Assembly (NCBI GenBank): GCA_900553365.1 | Contig: USDL01000001.1 | Location: forward strand, 55,967-119,966 | Origin: an uncultured Clostridium sp. | GTDB lineage: Bacteria; Bacillota; Clostridia; TANB77; CAG-508 | Direction of reading: 5' to 3' | Length of the DNA: 64,000 nt | Shown here: positions 21,790-34,900 of the stretch, piece after piece | Layout of the letters: the number at the start of each line of letters is the position of its first letter | Position numbering within the stretch: the first letter of the stretch is position 1 | Program-made: the position numbers and the translations under genes | The notes under the pieces: generated by a model | Told to the model about the DNA's origin: nothing | What the model saw: the letters and a program-made list of their open reading frames with translations, nothing else | The model's database searches: none

Positions 21790-24700
21790 TTATTCTGTAA
21801 CTAAAACAATAGAACAATTAACAGGAACTTCTTTAGAATTATCTACTGTTAAATTAAAATCAAACCATCTCTAAGAAATCTAAGCCATATTAGTTTGTTT
21901 AACAGCTTGAGAATCAGGCATCCAAATATAATCTGATTCTTCTTTTCCTGACCCGTTTTTGGGTCCCCAACGATATTTAACAGGCCCACTAACAGTACCT
22001 CCTGTTGGGTCACTTGCAATAATTTTACCATCACCAGTTTTCCCCAATTCAGTGTAAGTATTGCTGATATAATTATAAGCAGTATAAGTTAAAGAATTAA
22101 GGTCAGAATCAGAGAGTAAAATAGAAACTCCACCCTCAATAGTTAATTTTTTATCGGCGGTATAGGTTAAAATTTTCTTTTTATCTATTAATGTTGTTGT
22201 GCCATTCGTCACTGAAAGATACACTAAAGATGTTTTGGGAACAATCCCTTTGTCTGTAAGTCCAACAGTCAAAGCTATTTCATATGTATAATTCCCCGTC
22301 TCTGAATTGCGAGAATAAATCCTATACGCATAAATTGTTCCAGTGTAAGGAAGGGTTTTTTCTATAGTTAACACATTTCCTGTATAAGAGTTAATCTTAT
22401 ATCTTTGTATTACCCCATTTTCAGAATACATAGAATTTCCAGCTTCGTTTATTGCAAAGCCGATGTAAGCCTCGCTATGTTCTGATAAATAATTTGCCAA
22501 CGCTTCATTATATTCATTTGTAGTAAAAATTCTATTTTCTTTTGTTGCCGCTATAGCATTAGCTAAAATAGTATCATACTAATTTGTAGCAATAGAAGTA
22601 TAAGTCTAACCACCACCAGTAGATTCTCCTTCAGTCAAATCTTTATCAATTACAACATCAATAGCTTTGCCATCTTCATCTTTGTAATCTCCGCTTTCAT
22701 CAAGGTACAAATATTCTGTATCAACCTAAAGAATCCAATCAGCAGAACCATCTGCATTAACAATATATTTATATTGACCAACATAATAAGTTTTCGCTTC
22801 TTTCCCGAAAGGAGCAAAAACAATATCTTTAGTTAAAATATAAACCATATTCTAATCCATGTAATCAGGTTCTTCTTTAAATTTTTCTACAAGCATATAT
22901 TTTAATGTAGTTTTGTTAGAATCTGTATATTTGTATTGAAGAGCGAAACCAAATTTATCAGGAACAGTCATATTACTTAACATGCTTTGTATATCATAAC
23001 TGGTAGATTTGCCCCCATTAAAACAAGCCAAAGGTTCATTTGAACCATTTTTAAATACTTGCATTTTAAGCATATTAGGATTTTTACGAATTATTTTATT
23101 TTTTTCGTCAACAAGAAGTAAATCCAATCCTCCAACTTTTACAGTATAAACATCTCCGCCAAGAGATATATCACCTGATGTAGAAGATGGCAGTGGAATA
23201 TAATTATTTGCAGACTTAAGAGTGTATGCTTTATAATTAAGATTATTATAACTATCGCTCTTTAAACTACTTTCAATAACAAGTTCTCCTGTTTCTTTAT
23301 TATATGAAAGTAATTTTTTGTATTCATCCGCAGAATTTTCATCTGAGAAAATAGAAAGATAAATCGAACGTCTATCAAGCTATCCATTATTTAAAGAAGT
23401 TGACGAACCAATTTCATCTTTAGTAACCTTATCATAATAAACATAATGGTCAAAAGATGTAACAGGAGTATCAATTTTCTCTTCTACGACAATTTTAGTG
23501 GAAGACATTGTATAACTACTTAAAGTATAATACACAATTTTACCATCACTGTCTTTTATAGGAGTAGTTTCATCTGAATACAAAACAATAGAAATTCCGT
23601 CAGGATAAAGTGGAATTGCATCTGCAAGAGCTTGATTGTCTTGTCTTGTATATAAAGTAGAATAAAGTTCATTATAAAGAACAGTGTCTACCTAACTTAA
23701 ATAAAATTGAGTATAACTTGCATGAGCAATTTCCATTAATGTTTTTAAATCAGTTCCTGTAATGTTATTAAAGAAACCAACCTTGTTATCAGAAGTTATA
23801 TATGGAAATCTAAATCTTGTAAAAAAAGAAAACACCTCTGGAATCTAAATGGGGGTGTTGTTTGCATCTGCAACTTGAGTGTAATTTAACACCCTTCCAG
23901 AAGTTGTGTCTGCGTAATAATATTTTAAATTACTACTTAAATACACATCATTCGAAGTAATTGTTTTTTCTGTGCCTTTATCTGTAGAAATAACATAAAC
24001 AGGACTAACTACTTCAAGTTTTATGGCTTGTTCATCACAAATCAAAGAATTAGCCAAAGGAACTACAGAGCTATAAACTGCATATTCAATATAAAAAGTA
24101 TTTTCTTCACTATATGCTTTACCATATTTATCATGAATGGTTATTCTAACTTTATAGAAGTTGTTTGTCTCAAAACCTTTAAAATTCCATTCAAGAGAAG
24201 AGTCGTAAATATCATCAGATTCAGCAATTAAAGTTTCGTTATTATAATTATCAATCGAATATAAATAATAATGATAATATTTAATTTCAACATTATTTAT
24301 AGAATCCCATGTACCCAAAAAAGCCACATCTCTCCATGGAGCAGGAACAGACTAGTCAATACTTATATACGGTATATTTTCCAAATCCAATTCACGGTAA
24401 TCTTTATATTTAATCCCTAATGTTGGCGCTTGTCGAGCATATAAAACAGCATTTGGAATAGAATCCATAAAATCAGTATAAACTGTGTAATCAGTTTGAG
24501 GAACAATTATTTGCTAAATATCACCTGTACTTTGAGTTGCAATTTTGCAATTTCCTTTTAACAACCATTGAGTATTATCAAGTTTATTAAAAGTAATATC
24601 AGTTTTCTTCCCTGCAACATATTGTCCTAATGTACTAATTTTTTGTGTTATATTTAACCTCGCGCCATTTTCCCAAACAATTTGAGGAGGGTTTAAAGTA

Positions 24701-25809
24701 TCTGATTTAATATTTATATTTGGCTGAACAAAAATTTGATGGTCTGCTTCACTATTCCAATAAGAAGTCATAATTTTAAAATTTGGATTCGTAATAGGAG
24801 CTCCACCTACTTTTCTCTCGGCAGAACTGTGGTAAGTTTTTTGCGAAAATTGCGAAGAAGATGAAGTCAAATCTTTTGTCCAAAGTTTATAAGTATCTCC
24901 ATTTTTAGGAACGGTCACAAAACCTTCCTATAATCTAATTTCGCCAGTTTCTTGCCCATATCCAATAATTTTCCTTTTTACACTATCATCGTTATTTAAC
25001 GAAATATAATTGCCTAATTCAATATCATCATTGGGCTCGACATAAAAATTATTTAAAGTATGCTAATCAGAAACGTTATAAAGAGTAAATGTTTTACCAT
25101 TTGTATAATTATATGTAAAAGATTCAGTGAGTTCAATTTTTATAACATCTTTATCCCAACCTAAATCTGTATAAACCCAGTTAATTTGTCTACGTTCTCT
25201 ATAAGGCCAAGTAGTAGGATAAGCCAAATTATCTTTGTTTGGAAGAGTGATAGCCATCATGCCATCGTTTTTACTTGAAGCAGATATCTCTATCCATCTA
25301 TCATATTTAAGCTAGTCTTTAACTAATTTCTTAGTTTCTTCGCTACTAATGCCACTTAAATCCACCCAAATAACAGAAGTAGTAGAACCAACGGTAAAAC
25401 CAGAGCAAACTAAAGTTGTTGGGTCTTCGTCTGTTGTCCTTGGAGAATGATTTTCATACATCCTAATATTCCATTGATAATCTTTTCCGTTTTGAAAAGA
25501 CTAATTTTCTTCACACTAAGCTGTCGTTGATAATCCTTTTTTCCCTTCTTCTTTAAAAGTAACAAAATTACCAGAAGAATCCACGGTTAAATTTAAAGAA
25601 AGCTACTCTTTATTCCTAATTTCTTGTCCTAGTGCTTGAGAAGGCTAATTAAGAATCATTGTAGCGCCATCTCCCGACAAAAAATTGATAGAATAAGCTT
25701 TTACAGATGTTCCAAGGGTGTTAACCTAAGCCTAAAATGGGTTCCGAGCGGTAGATAAAATATCTATTTCATTCAAGTTTGGACTTAGCGAAGATGCTTT
25801 ATATATCAT
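21790..25809 (-). CDS. Large distal tail protein (1339 aa), a tail-fibre / receptor-binding candidate
   Basis: Seven ORF-track fragments plus the gaps between them were checked triplet by triplet. The frame is open from ATG 25807-25809 (RBS AAAGGAG) to TAA 21790-21792 and is interrupted only by 20 TAG codons. Confidence 0.65.
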
Positions 25810-25898
25810 TTCTTTTAACTCCTTTCGTTATTTTTTCGTCTAAGGGATGAGGTGTGGCGAGTTTTTGTTCCACACCACACCCCTTTTTTCTTGCTCTT

Positions 25899-25927
25899 AT
25901 TATAAGCTATTTTTATTTAATTGTCAA
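25899..25927 (-). promoter_or_regulatory. Sigma70-type promoter (TTGACA-17-TATAAT) between the tape measure and distal tail genes
   Basis: On the minus strand, TTGACA (25927-25922), a 17 nt spacer, then TATAAT (25904-25899). Confidence 0.65.
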
Positions 25928-25980
25928 TAAACTTTTCCAAATTTTTTATCCTCTTTTTGAAAATTTTATTTTTGGTAAAT

Positions 25981-28900
25981 TTATCCTCTGGTTTTACGAG
26001 TTACATTCCACCTTGACCCCATTGCTGTAGTTACTCCACTCCAGAACTTGGCAGGGTCATTAACTCCTTCAAGTACAACATCACCTTGAACAATATACTG
26101 TGTACCACAATTATTGTCAGTTCCAGTGCGTTCCATCTCAGGAAGTCTCGTGGTTGCCATATTGCGTAACAAATTATAAGCTTGGTCACTATTTAAGACA
26201 TACTCAGGCTTAGAAGGCGTACCATGTAACATCGCAAGTCCTGTATAAGTTACTGGCCCTTCTTCAATACCAGTAGCATAAGGAGTTACAGTAAATCCAG
26301 ATTTGTTAGTGTTAGGATGCAACTTCAACCACTGGTCATACAATTGTTGGTTCGTAGGCCATTTACTTGTGTCTTGTCCAGCAGCTTTCGCTTGCTTAAT
26401 TTTAGCAGTTCTTTGGTCTGCCAAACGCCAGAACTACTCAGAAGTCTTGGCATTGAGCATTGCTGTACCAATGTCACTTCCGCCCCAAGAAGAACTGCTT
26501 GCGCTACCACCTTGAGAGGGCTTAACAATTGTAGGAGTGTTTTTATTAGACCCACTTGAACTACTACCAGAATTATTTTTATTAGAACTACTAGAATTGC
26601 TTGAAGTAGAAGTAACTCTATTTGGAGTATTATTAGAAGAATTGGTCCTTCCCTGTCCAGACAGCCATTGCTGATAAAGTTCATCATTACTTTGATATCT
26701 AAACTTGTTACCAGCTTTATCATAACCATAACCACTACCATCAAGAGTAATGCCCATTCTACGAGCTTTTTCATCACGGTAAGCAGCCCATTTCTTAAAT
26801 TCTCCTTCATCCCTTGCAGCCAACATTTTTGCAGCATAGTCTGTATTCATGTCAAGGTCAGAGAAATCATAAGTGTTCAGGTCATCTTCTTTAATATACC
26901 CATTTTGATTATTGTTCTTATTATAGAAATCAGAAGTGTCTAATAATTCAAGTCTTTGTCTACGCAATTCTGCTAATTGTTCATTGGCTTGACGATAAGG
27001 CGTAAGTAAGTTGTCTTGGAATATCGTAGTATAATTCTTGTAGTTCTATTGAACATTAGAATTAAACTTCTGCATATCCGCTGTAATACGAGCACGAATC
27101 TCTTCTTCGGAGTTCGCATTCATAAGCTCTTTCAATATGCGTTCATTCTCAAGACGTTCATATTCCTTATAATCCCATTCAAGTTGCTCAAGATATTTGT
27201 CCCAAGCATCTATACGGTCTTGGAGAATTTGTTGCTCTGTATCTTTTGTATTGTTGAGGTCATCAAGGCGGTCTTGTTTATAGAAATCATCAAGGTCTTT
27301 TTGAGCTTCACGCAATTTTGTTGGGTTGGATTCGAACACCCAACCAAGGCCCTAACGATAAACTCTCTCCTTCTCTTTGTTGGCGTTTTTCTTCGCCAAG
27401 AGAAGATTTTCAAGTTCTATTGCCCTTTCACGTTCTTTATTAGCGTCTTCCAAAGGCTTTATCTCATCTTCATAAGCCTACTCAATAGCATCAATAGCAT
27501 CTTGTAATTCATCTTTATAAAGATTAATTCTATAAACAATCGCATCATATTGTTTTTCTTGAAGCTCGGTCTTATCTTCCAAAGCATTTATCTTGGCTTC
27601 ATGTAAAGCAACCGTAGCTTCATTCAAACCATCAACAAGGTCTTTAATTTGTTCATCAGTTAAATCAGACACATCTTCCAACGCCTTCTGATAAACACTA
27701 ACTTGATTTTGCAATAAAGTGCTCCTACTTGCATAGTAGCTTTCAATATCAGAAATTCTAATCCACTCTTGAGGTTTGGAATCTTCAAGAAGTTGTAGCT
27801 TCTTAGAAAGTTCTTCAATTTGTGCAGAAGTTCTATTAACAACATATTCAGTCTTAGAGTCAATTAAATCAAGATATTCTTGCTGTGCTTCACGATATGC
27901 CTTGGAATAATCACTATTACCAAATGCAACATGAGCACGAGCTTCCATTTCACTCATACCTTCAGTCATATAACCATAAACAGCTTGACTAAAATTAAAT
28001 TGAATAGAAGCTTTAGTAGCTTCAATCTACTTTTCAATTTCTGCAAGAGAAGCGTTCATAGCTGCATCATAAGCAGAACTATTACTCCACGCGCTTCCTT
28101 TTACATAATCAAGTTCACGGTCACTTAACTTCTGTTGCCATTCAGAAACCTCTTTACGCAAATCAATCTCGTCTTGAAGCAGATTATTAAGGTCTTTCTG
28201 ATTCTCAAGAAGTTCTTCATATGTGTCAGAAGTCTTAACTAATTGCTGCTTCATCAAAATCAAAGAATTAATAGAAGCTCCATATAATTCAAGAATCTTA
28301 TACTTGTCTTCAACCTCTTCATCATCAAGGTTATTAATAGCTTTTTGATTCTCAATATAATTCTTTTCTGCATCTAATCTCTCTTCTTCTGTGAGATTGG
28401 TATTTTGCATCATACCTTCATAATAAGCTGCTAATTTTTCAAGACTCGCTCTCTTCTTTTCAAAATACTTAGTATACCCAGTAGGAGTTAAAGTATTTTC
28501 ATCAAATACTTTCATCGCTTCCCATTCTTTGTCGATTAAGGAATCATAAGCTTTGAGAAGGTCAAGAACTTTATCTTTAGTGTCTTTCGCAGCTTTGCCA
28601 GCATTCTTTATTGGTTTTGTATAACCTTTCTTGAACGCTTTAGCTAAATTACCAGACTCAAGCATGTCCTAAACACTATAAAGCAAGTGCTCACGCATAG
28701 CAATATTACCTTCATCATAATGAATATTTCCATCTTTATCAGTATGAGTCTTAAATTTAACATCATAACCAGTAACTTTGCCAGTTTTGTCTGTAGTAAC
28801 AACTTCATCAAAACTACCAACCAAACTTTTCAATTCAGATTTAGTACCTTCAATCTATTTTTGCAGAGCTTCAGTATTACCAGACAAATCAATAGTCTTA

Positions 28901-31900
28901 CTTTCCAAAGCCGATTTATCTGTAGGAGTGTACTTAATAGTTTTAACAGCTTTTACACTGCCTATATCTACTGTTTCTCCATTTTGAGCTCTATTTAGCA
29001 AAGAAGCAGCATTCGCAGCCGTTAAATATTGATTAGCTAAATTAGCAAGAGCTTCTCCTTCTGAATCATAAGCATAAACTTTAGCCTTGGTAGATTCAAC
29101 CAAAGCATCAGAAGTTTCAATATAAGTACCAGACAACATTAAAGTTTGAAGTTGATTCTTTAATTGTGCAACTCTTAAATTATCTTCTTGAATCTGTGCT
29201 TGTAAACTAACAGCAATAGTCTAAAGTCTAACTTTGTTCATTATTTCTTCAGCATCAGTTTTAAGCACAATGTTCTCTCCTTCAATCTCCAAAGCATTAA
29301 TATAATCAGCATTTGTAGAAAGAAGTTCAAGAGTAGTTTCAATACTTAATCTACCAGAAGAGGCCATTTCTTCTCTTGCATCTGCAAGCTGGTCAAAAAT
29401 ATTGGAAACATCAGAAAAAGCTTCTTTTAATTCAGACCAAGATTTAATATAACCATCAGGTAATTCCAAGTCAGAAAAATATTCTGAAGACATAGTTTCA
29501 GCAATCTTTTTGCCCTCATCCAAAACAGTAGAATAAGCATTATCATAAGTTGCCCTTAACTAATCAGCCAATCCATTTTCATCAATGTCTCCATTATTAA
29601 GAGCTTCTTGTACTTGACTCAAACTGTTTCTAACAGTTTCAGGAAATTCAGCAAAGAGTTCATTAAGATTAGAGTTCTTTAAATCGTATTTATCACCGTT
29701 AAAAACTTCATCAATCTTAGCTTCAAGGTCATTCATAGCATTCATATCTTCAAGATATTTGTTAATTAAACCATTATCACCAGTTAATTTAGTAAGAGTT
29801 TCTCTATCTGCATAAAACATGGAATTAACAATGCTTTGATTTGTATTCACTCCATTAGAGAAATAACCATCTGTACCCATCCAATTAAACAATTTTTGAC
29901 CTTGAGAAACAGTAAGAGAATTAAAATAATCCTCTGTAATACCCCGTGGTTGTTTACTAAATCCATATTTATCTTTAAATTGTTGTGCTATGTTCTATTT
30001 ATCAACAATTTCACCATCAACGATTTCAAATCCAATTCCAACCACAATTTTCATCAAATTTTCGTCATCTTCAATATTCGGGAAAGTATCTTCCAGATAT
30101 TCCTTTAATTGTGTTCTAGCTTTATTAGCATCTGCAACAGTCATATCAGTGTTTATTTTTTCATCTGTTGCCTCAATTAAAGTTTTTGCTGTTTCATCAG
30201 AAACAAGACTATTTACGGAATTAATCATATCTCTAACTTTTTGTTTATAAAGTTCTGGAGATAAAGCATTTCCCGCTGCATCAACAGCATCAATAGACCC
30301 AATAGCATTATCAAACAAATTACTCGTTACATTATCAACATCATCATATGCCCCAATAAGCCTTGCGTAAGCTTTACCAGATTCACTTAAAGTTTCTTTT
30401 GCACGTATAATAGCTCTATCATAAGCGTTTTGAGCCGCATCGACAGCGGCTTCACCAGCGTTGTTTTCAGCTTGCGCTTCTTTTATTTTTATATCAAGGT
30501 CTGCAACTTGTTTTTCAAGAGAATTTATGTCTTGATGTCCAACTTTATATTCATAAGCTTCTCTAGCTTTATTAACGTTGTCCTAAGCAACAACTATTAC
30601 ATCATTTAAATTTTTCTCTCCATTGGCTCGTCTTTGTTGATAATCAGCCAACCTATTTTCTGCTTTGGTTAATTCATCCTAAAGTTGTTTTATTTCAGTA
30701 TCATTATAATCTTTACGAGCTCTGTCTAATTCTTTTTGCGCTTGTTCTCTTTGTTGTTCTAAAGCTGTTACATCGGTATAATTATTAGCCTTATCAGACC
30801 TTGCGTTATTCAAATCTGAAAGTGCATCTTTATATTCTTGGGTCGCAGTATCTAAGGTATCTTGTAATACTTTTTCACCATCAGAGCCCATAACCATTCT
30901 CTAATCCGCTAAAGTTTGCAAAGAATCTATTAACCGCTTAACTTTATCAGAAGTGGTTTCCATTTCGTTGCCCATATCAGCAATAGCATTACCATTTTCA
31001 TCCGTGCGAACGCGCAACTCAGGAAATGCTTCTACTAATTGATTACTATAATCAAGGAATTTTTCATATTCTTCGTCGGTAAGAGAAACATTTCTTCCTA
31101 AAGAGTCAACACCCTTAGAAAGCTCGTCATATTTCTAAGCAGTGGCTTGTAAAGATTTAGCGTTAGTTAATTTCTCTGCTGCATCTGTAAAAGCAGTTTT
31201 AGCTTCTTCTATCATTTTTTGTTGATGTTTTTTATATAAAGCATAAGCAGCCCCAATAGCTAAAGCTGCAATTCCAATACCAAGAGCAGGTCCTAAAGCT
31301 GCTGGAAGTGCTTTCATGGCAGTAAAAATAGAACCTCCTGCTTTCATAGAATCAACAAATGTAAGAGCTATAGTAGAAGTGGCTTTTCCGCCAATACCCA
31401 TACCTATCATGGTTCCTAAAGAAGTTGCCCAACCACCACCGAGAAGATTTTCTCCAATAGCCATACCAGCTAAAGCACCAAGACCAGACCCAACCATGGT
31501 TGCGCCACCTTTTAAAGCCGCTCTTTGAGGACTTATCCTAGAAGAGCCTTCTAAATCATCTGCAACAGTTTTGACTGCCGCATCATTACGTCTTCTTGCC
31601 AATTCTTCTGTGGCTATCTAAAGCTTTTCTTCATCAGTCAAGCTTCTTTGACCTTGAGTGATTTGTTCAGTCCTTAAACGAAGCTCTTCCTAATCTATAG
31701 TAGACAACATAGCATTTACCCATGCGTTGTTTTGGTCAGCCAAATTTTCTCGTAGCTGTAATGCCGCCTACTCGTCGGTAAGCGCAGTGTTTTTTAAAAT
31801 ACTGGCAATATTTTCTTTTATTTTAGTATTGTAATTAAGCATAGAATTTTGCATTGGAACATAACCATCAACCAATATCTTTTTAGTACTATCAGTTAAA

Positions 31901-34900
31901 TTATCTAAACTATTAATAGTATTAGTTAAGCTTTTTGCGTAATTCTCTTTAAGAGCCACATTAAACGATTCAGTATAATTTGCTTTTAAAGATTCTCCTA
32001 AACTTTGTCTTCCGCCTTGAGTAAAATATCCCTGAGTTGAAATATTCATTTTATCAAGTTTCATAGAAACATTAATACAAGATGAGACAAATTTAGACCA
32101 CGCATTTTGCATAGTGCTTCCAAAACCAACAGAATTCATTGCAGCAATTGCTAGTAAAATAGCTCCCGCCCATGTTACAAGATTATCAGAAACTTCTGCA
32201 ACAGCATTATAGAACCAAATTAAAGTATCAGACTGATTAAGAGCCAAAACCCACTTTTCAAGAGCAACAGTAACTCTATTCTTGGCAGCTTCAACACTAT
32301 CAGTATAAGACTTCATTTTTTCAATAGCAGTGCCATATGCATTAGTAGAAATTTCTTCAAATTTTTCAACAGCATCCCAGTTTTCAAACAAGGTAAGCAA
32401 GTTTTCACGCTGTCTTACACCAGCCAGAGAAGTAGCAATACCAGATTTTTGAACGTCTGTATATGTATTCCACTTGCTAGCAATTTCATCCATAATATCA
32501 TCAAAGTCTCTAAAGCTAGATACAGAATCTCTAATATTAATACCCAACGCACCAAGAGCTTTTTCAACATCATTTAAGTTAGCCCATTCATCGGCATTAT
32601 AATTCTCGCTTTCAATATCAGACTCAGCAGCTACAAATTTACCAGCGGCAATGTTCTAATAACGTGCATAAACCGTTTTCATAGATTCACCAACAGACGC
32701 AGCGCTCTTTTGAGTTACATCTGTAATAGTGGTAAGATACGCAATATATCTATCTAAACTTGTACCAGCCATTTGTGCAGAATTACTAGCACGAGACATA
32801 GCTTCTGCCAAATCACCAGCACTTATAGCGGCCTGCATGTCAACAGCAGTTAATTTGTCCACTACTCCTTGAATTTCGGTTGCTTCTAACTTCCATCCTT
32901 TAAGCACACTAATCAGATAACTCGTAGCATCAGCGCTATTAATCATACCAAGCGTACTTAATTGCATAGAAGCATTAGTTAATTGAGATGCTTCTTGTCC
33001 TTCGTAACCAGCACGAAGCCAATCGTTTGCAGCTTCAGCAATTTCTTCAGTAGTTTTACCGATTTCTTTTGCCAAGTCATTAAACTCAAGCATCATATCG
33101 TGAATATTACTCTTGGTATAACCACTTGCAATTTGAAGGTCAACCATTTTCTAGTCAAGTCTTTCAGTAGCAGAAATAAAATCATTAAATACTTTCTATA
33201 TCTACTGGAAAGAAAATATTTGCATTATAGCCATTCCAATTTGAGAAAAGCTATCTTTAAAATTATCCTTAAGTTGAGTTAAAAACCCTTTGGTTTGATT
33301 AACAGAATCTCCAACTCTATCCATTTCAATCTGATTATTATTTAGGATACGAGTTCTTTCTTGCTCTAATTTGTTAATTTGCTCTTCTGTTAGTTCAATA
33401 CCATTTAAAGTTTTCTTTTGTTCATCATATTTATATTGATTTGCTAAATTATTTTTTTGACTTTGTAAAGAATGAATAAAGGATTTATTTTCAATAGCTG
33501 CATTTCCAGTTAAAGACATTCCTTTATTTTCTGCTCTAGCAATTTCTCTTTCAATTCTACCTTGTTCTTCAAGGTTTCTATAATAACCAGTCAAAGTATT
33601 TTGAAGAGTTGGGTTATTATTTCTTGCCGCTTGAGCATATTTAACATCAGTAGTAGCAGAAGTCCTTGCTGCTTCATTAGTAGCTTTTCTTAAAGCGTCA
33701 AGCTTTTCTTTTCTTTCACTTTCAGTTAAATAAGTAGCCTTAGTAATTTCTTCTTCAAGAGTTTTAGAATCAACAATTTGCCCATTTATAGTTAAAATTT
33801 GTTCAAGATTTTCTATTTGTTCACGAAGAGTTTGACTTAACTGTTGTTGAGCGGTTTGCTTATCTCCTGTTAAACCTTCAGCTTTTAAATCAGAATCTTT
33901 TAATTTGTTCCTCAAACCAAGCAATTCCGTATATTGCTTTAACATCTGACTCAAATCTTTAGTTTGAGAAGTATTGACAGCGGTTGTAACACTCGAAATA
34001 TTTTTAGCTTCTTTAACTTCGCCCTTTGTTTCAATTCTCTTTAATTTTGCCTATAAATCTTCATTACCTTTAGCAGACAAAATGGTTTTACCTATAGCAG
34101 AATTATCATTTACATTAGAAAGAGTAAGCTCTCTTTCAGACATCAAATCTATTTGTGCCTAAATAGCTTCTTTTTGCTTCTCAATTTGTTTGTTTAAAGC
34201 ATTACTTTCGTCTTCTGTGAAATTTACTCCATCCTAAGCCAAAGTATTTTTTTGCTCTTGTAAATTATTAAGTTCAGTTTGTAAAGTAATTAATCTTTGA
34301 TATTCTCCAACGTAAGCATTAATAATAGCTTGCTCTCTTTTATCAATGCTACCATTTTCATCAGGAGCGTAAGAAACAAAATTATTATTAGCAGCTTTTT
34401 CAGATACAGGAGGTTCTGACATACCAAAAACTCTACCTGTGGTCATCTCTCTATTCATGAGAGTTGCTTGTTCATCTTTAGTTAAAGGTTCAGCCTTGCC
34501 ATCTATAATATCATTTGCTCTAACAAGGAGGTCGTAAAATTCCTCTTCAGTTAAAGCCATGTGTTGAATTAATTGAGTAAATCCATCTTTAACATCAGCG
34601 ATAAAAAGTGAAAAATCTTTATCTGTGTCAATTCCACTTTCTTGATATAATTTTTGGAATTCAGGGTTTTGAGCATTAGCTAAAACACCATATAATTGTC
34701 CCGCAAGTTGAAAACTTTCTGTACCATAAGTCTTACCAGTTTTGGTATCAAGAATAAAATTCTAAGGAGAACCATCAGAACTCTTTGCAATCTAGTCAGG
34801 CGTAAAGGAATAATCAAAAGTTCCTTTAGGACCACTAAAACTCGCAGCCATAGGAGTTTCAGAGAAAGGAGTTAATTGAATATGAGCGTTATTTATTGCT

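Noticed and set aside
26325-26837. Alternative-frame minus-strand ORFs overlapping real genes (26325-26837, 57979-58377, 59152-59622, 18353-18550, 16990-17202 and others).
   Set aside because: They lie inside better-supported frames (tape measure, decoration-like, scaffold, SSB, ATPase). Their products are Leu/Val/Met-rich nonsense and they lack an RBS.
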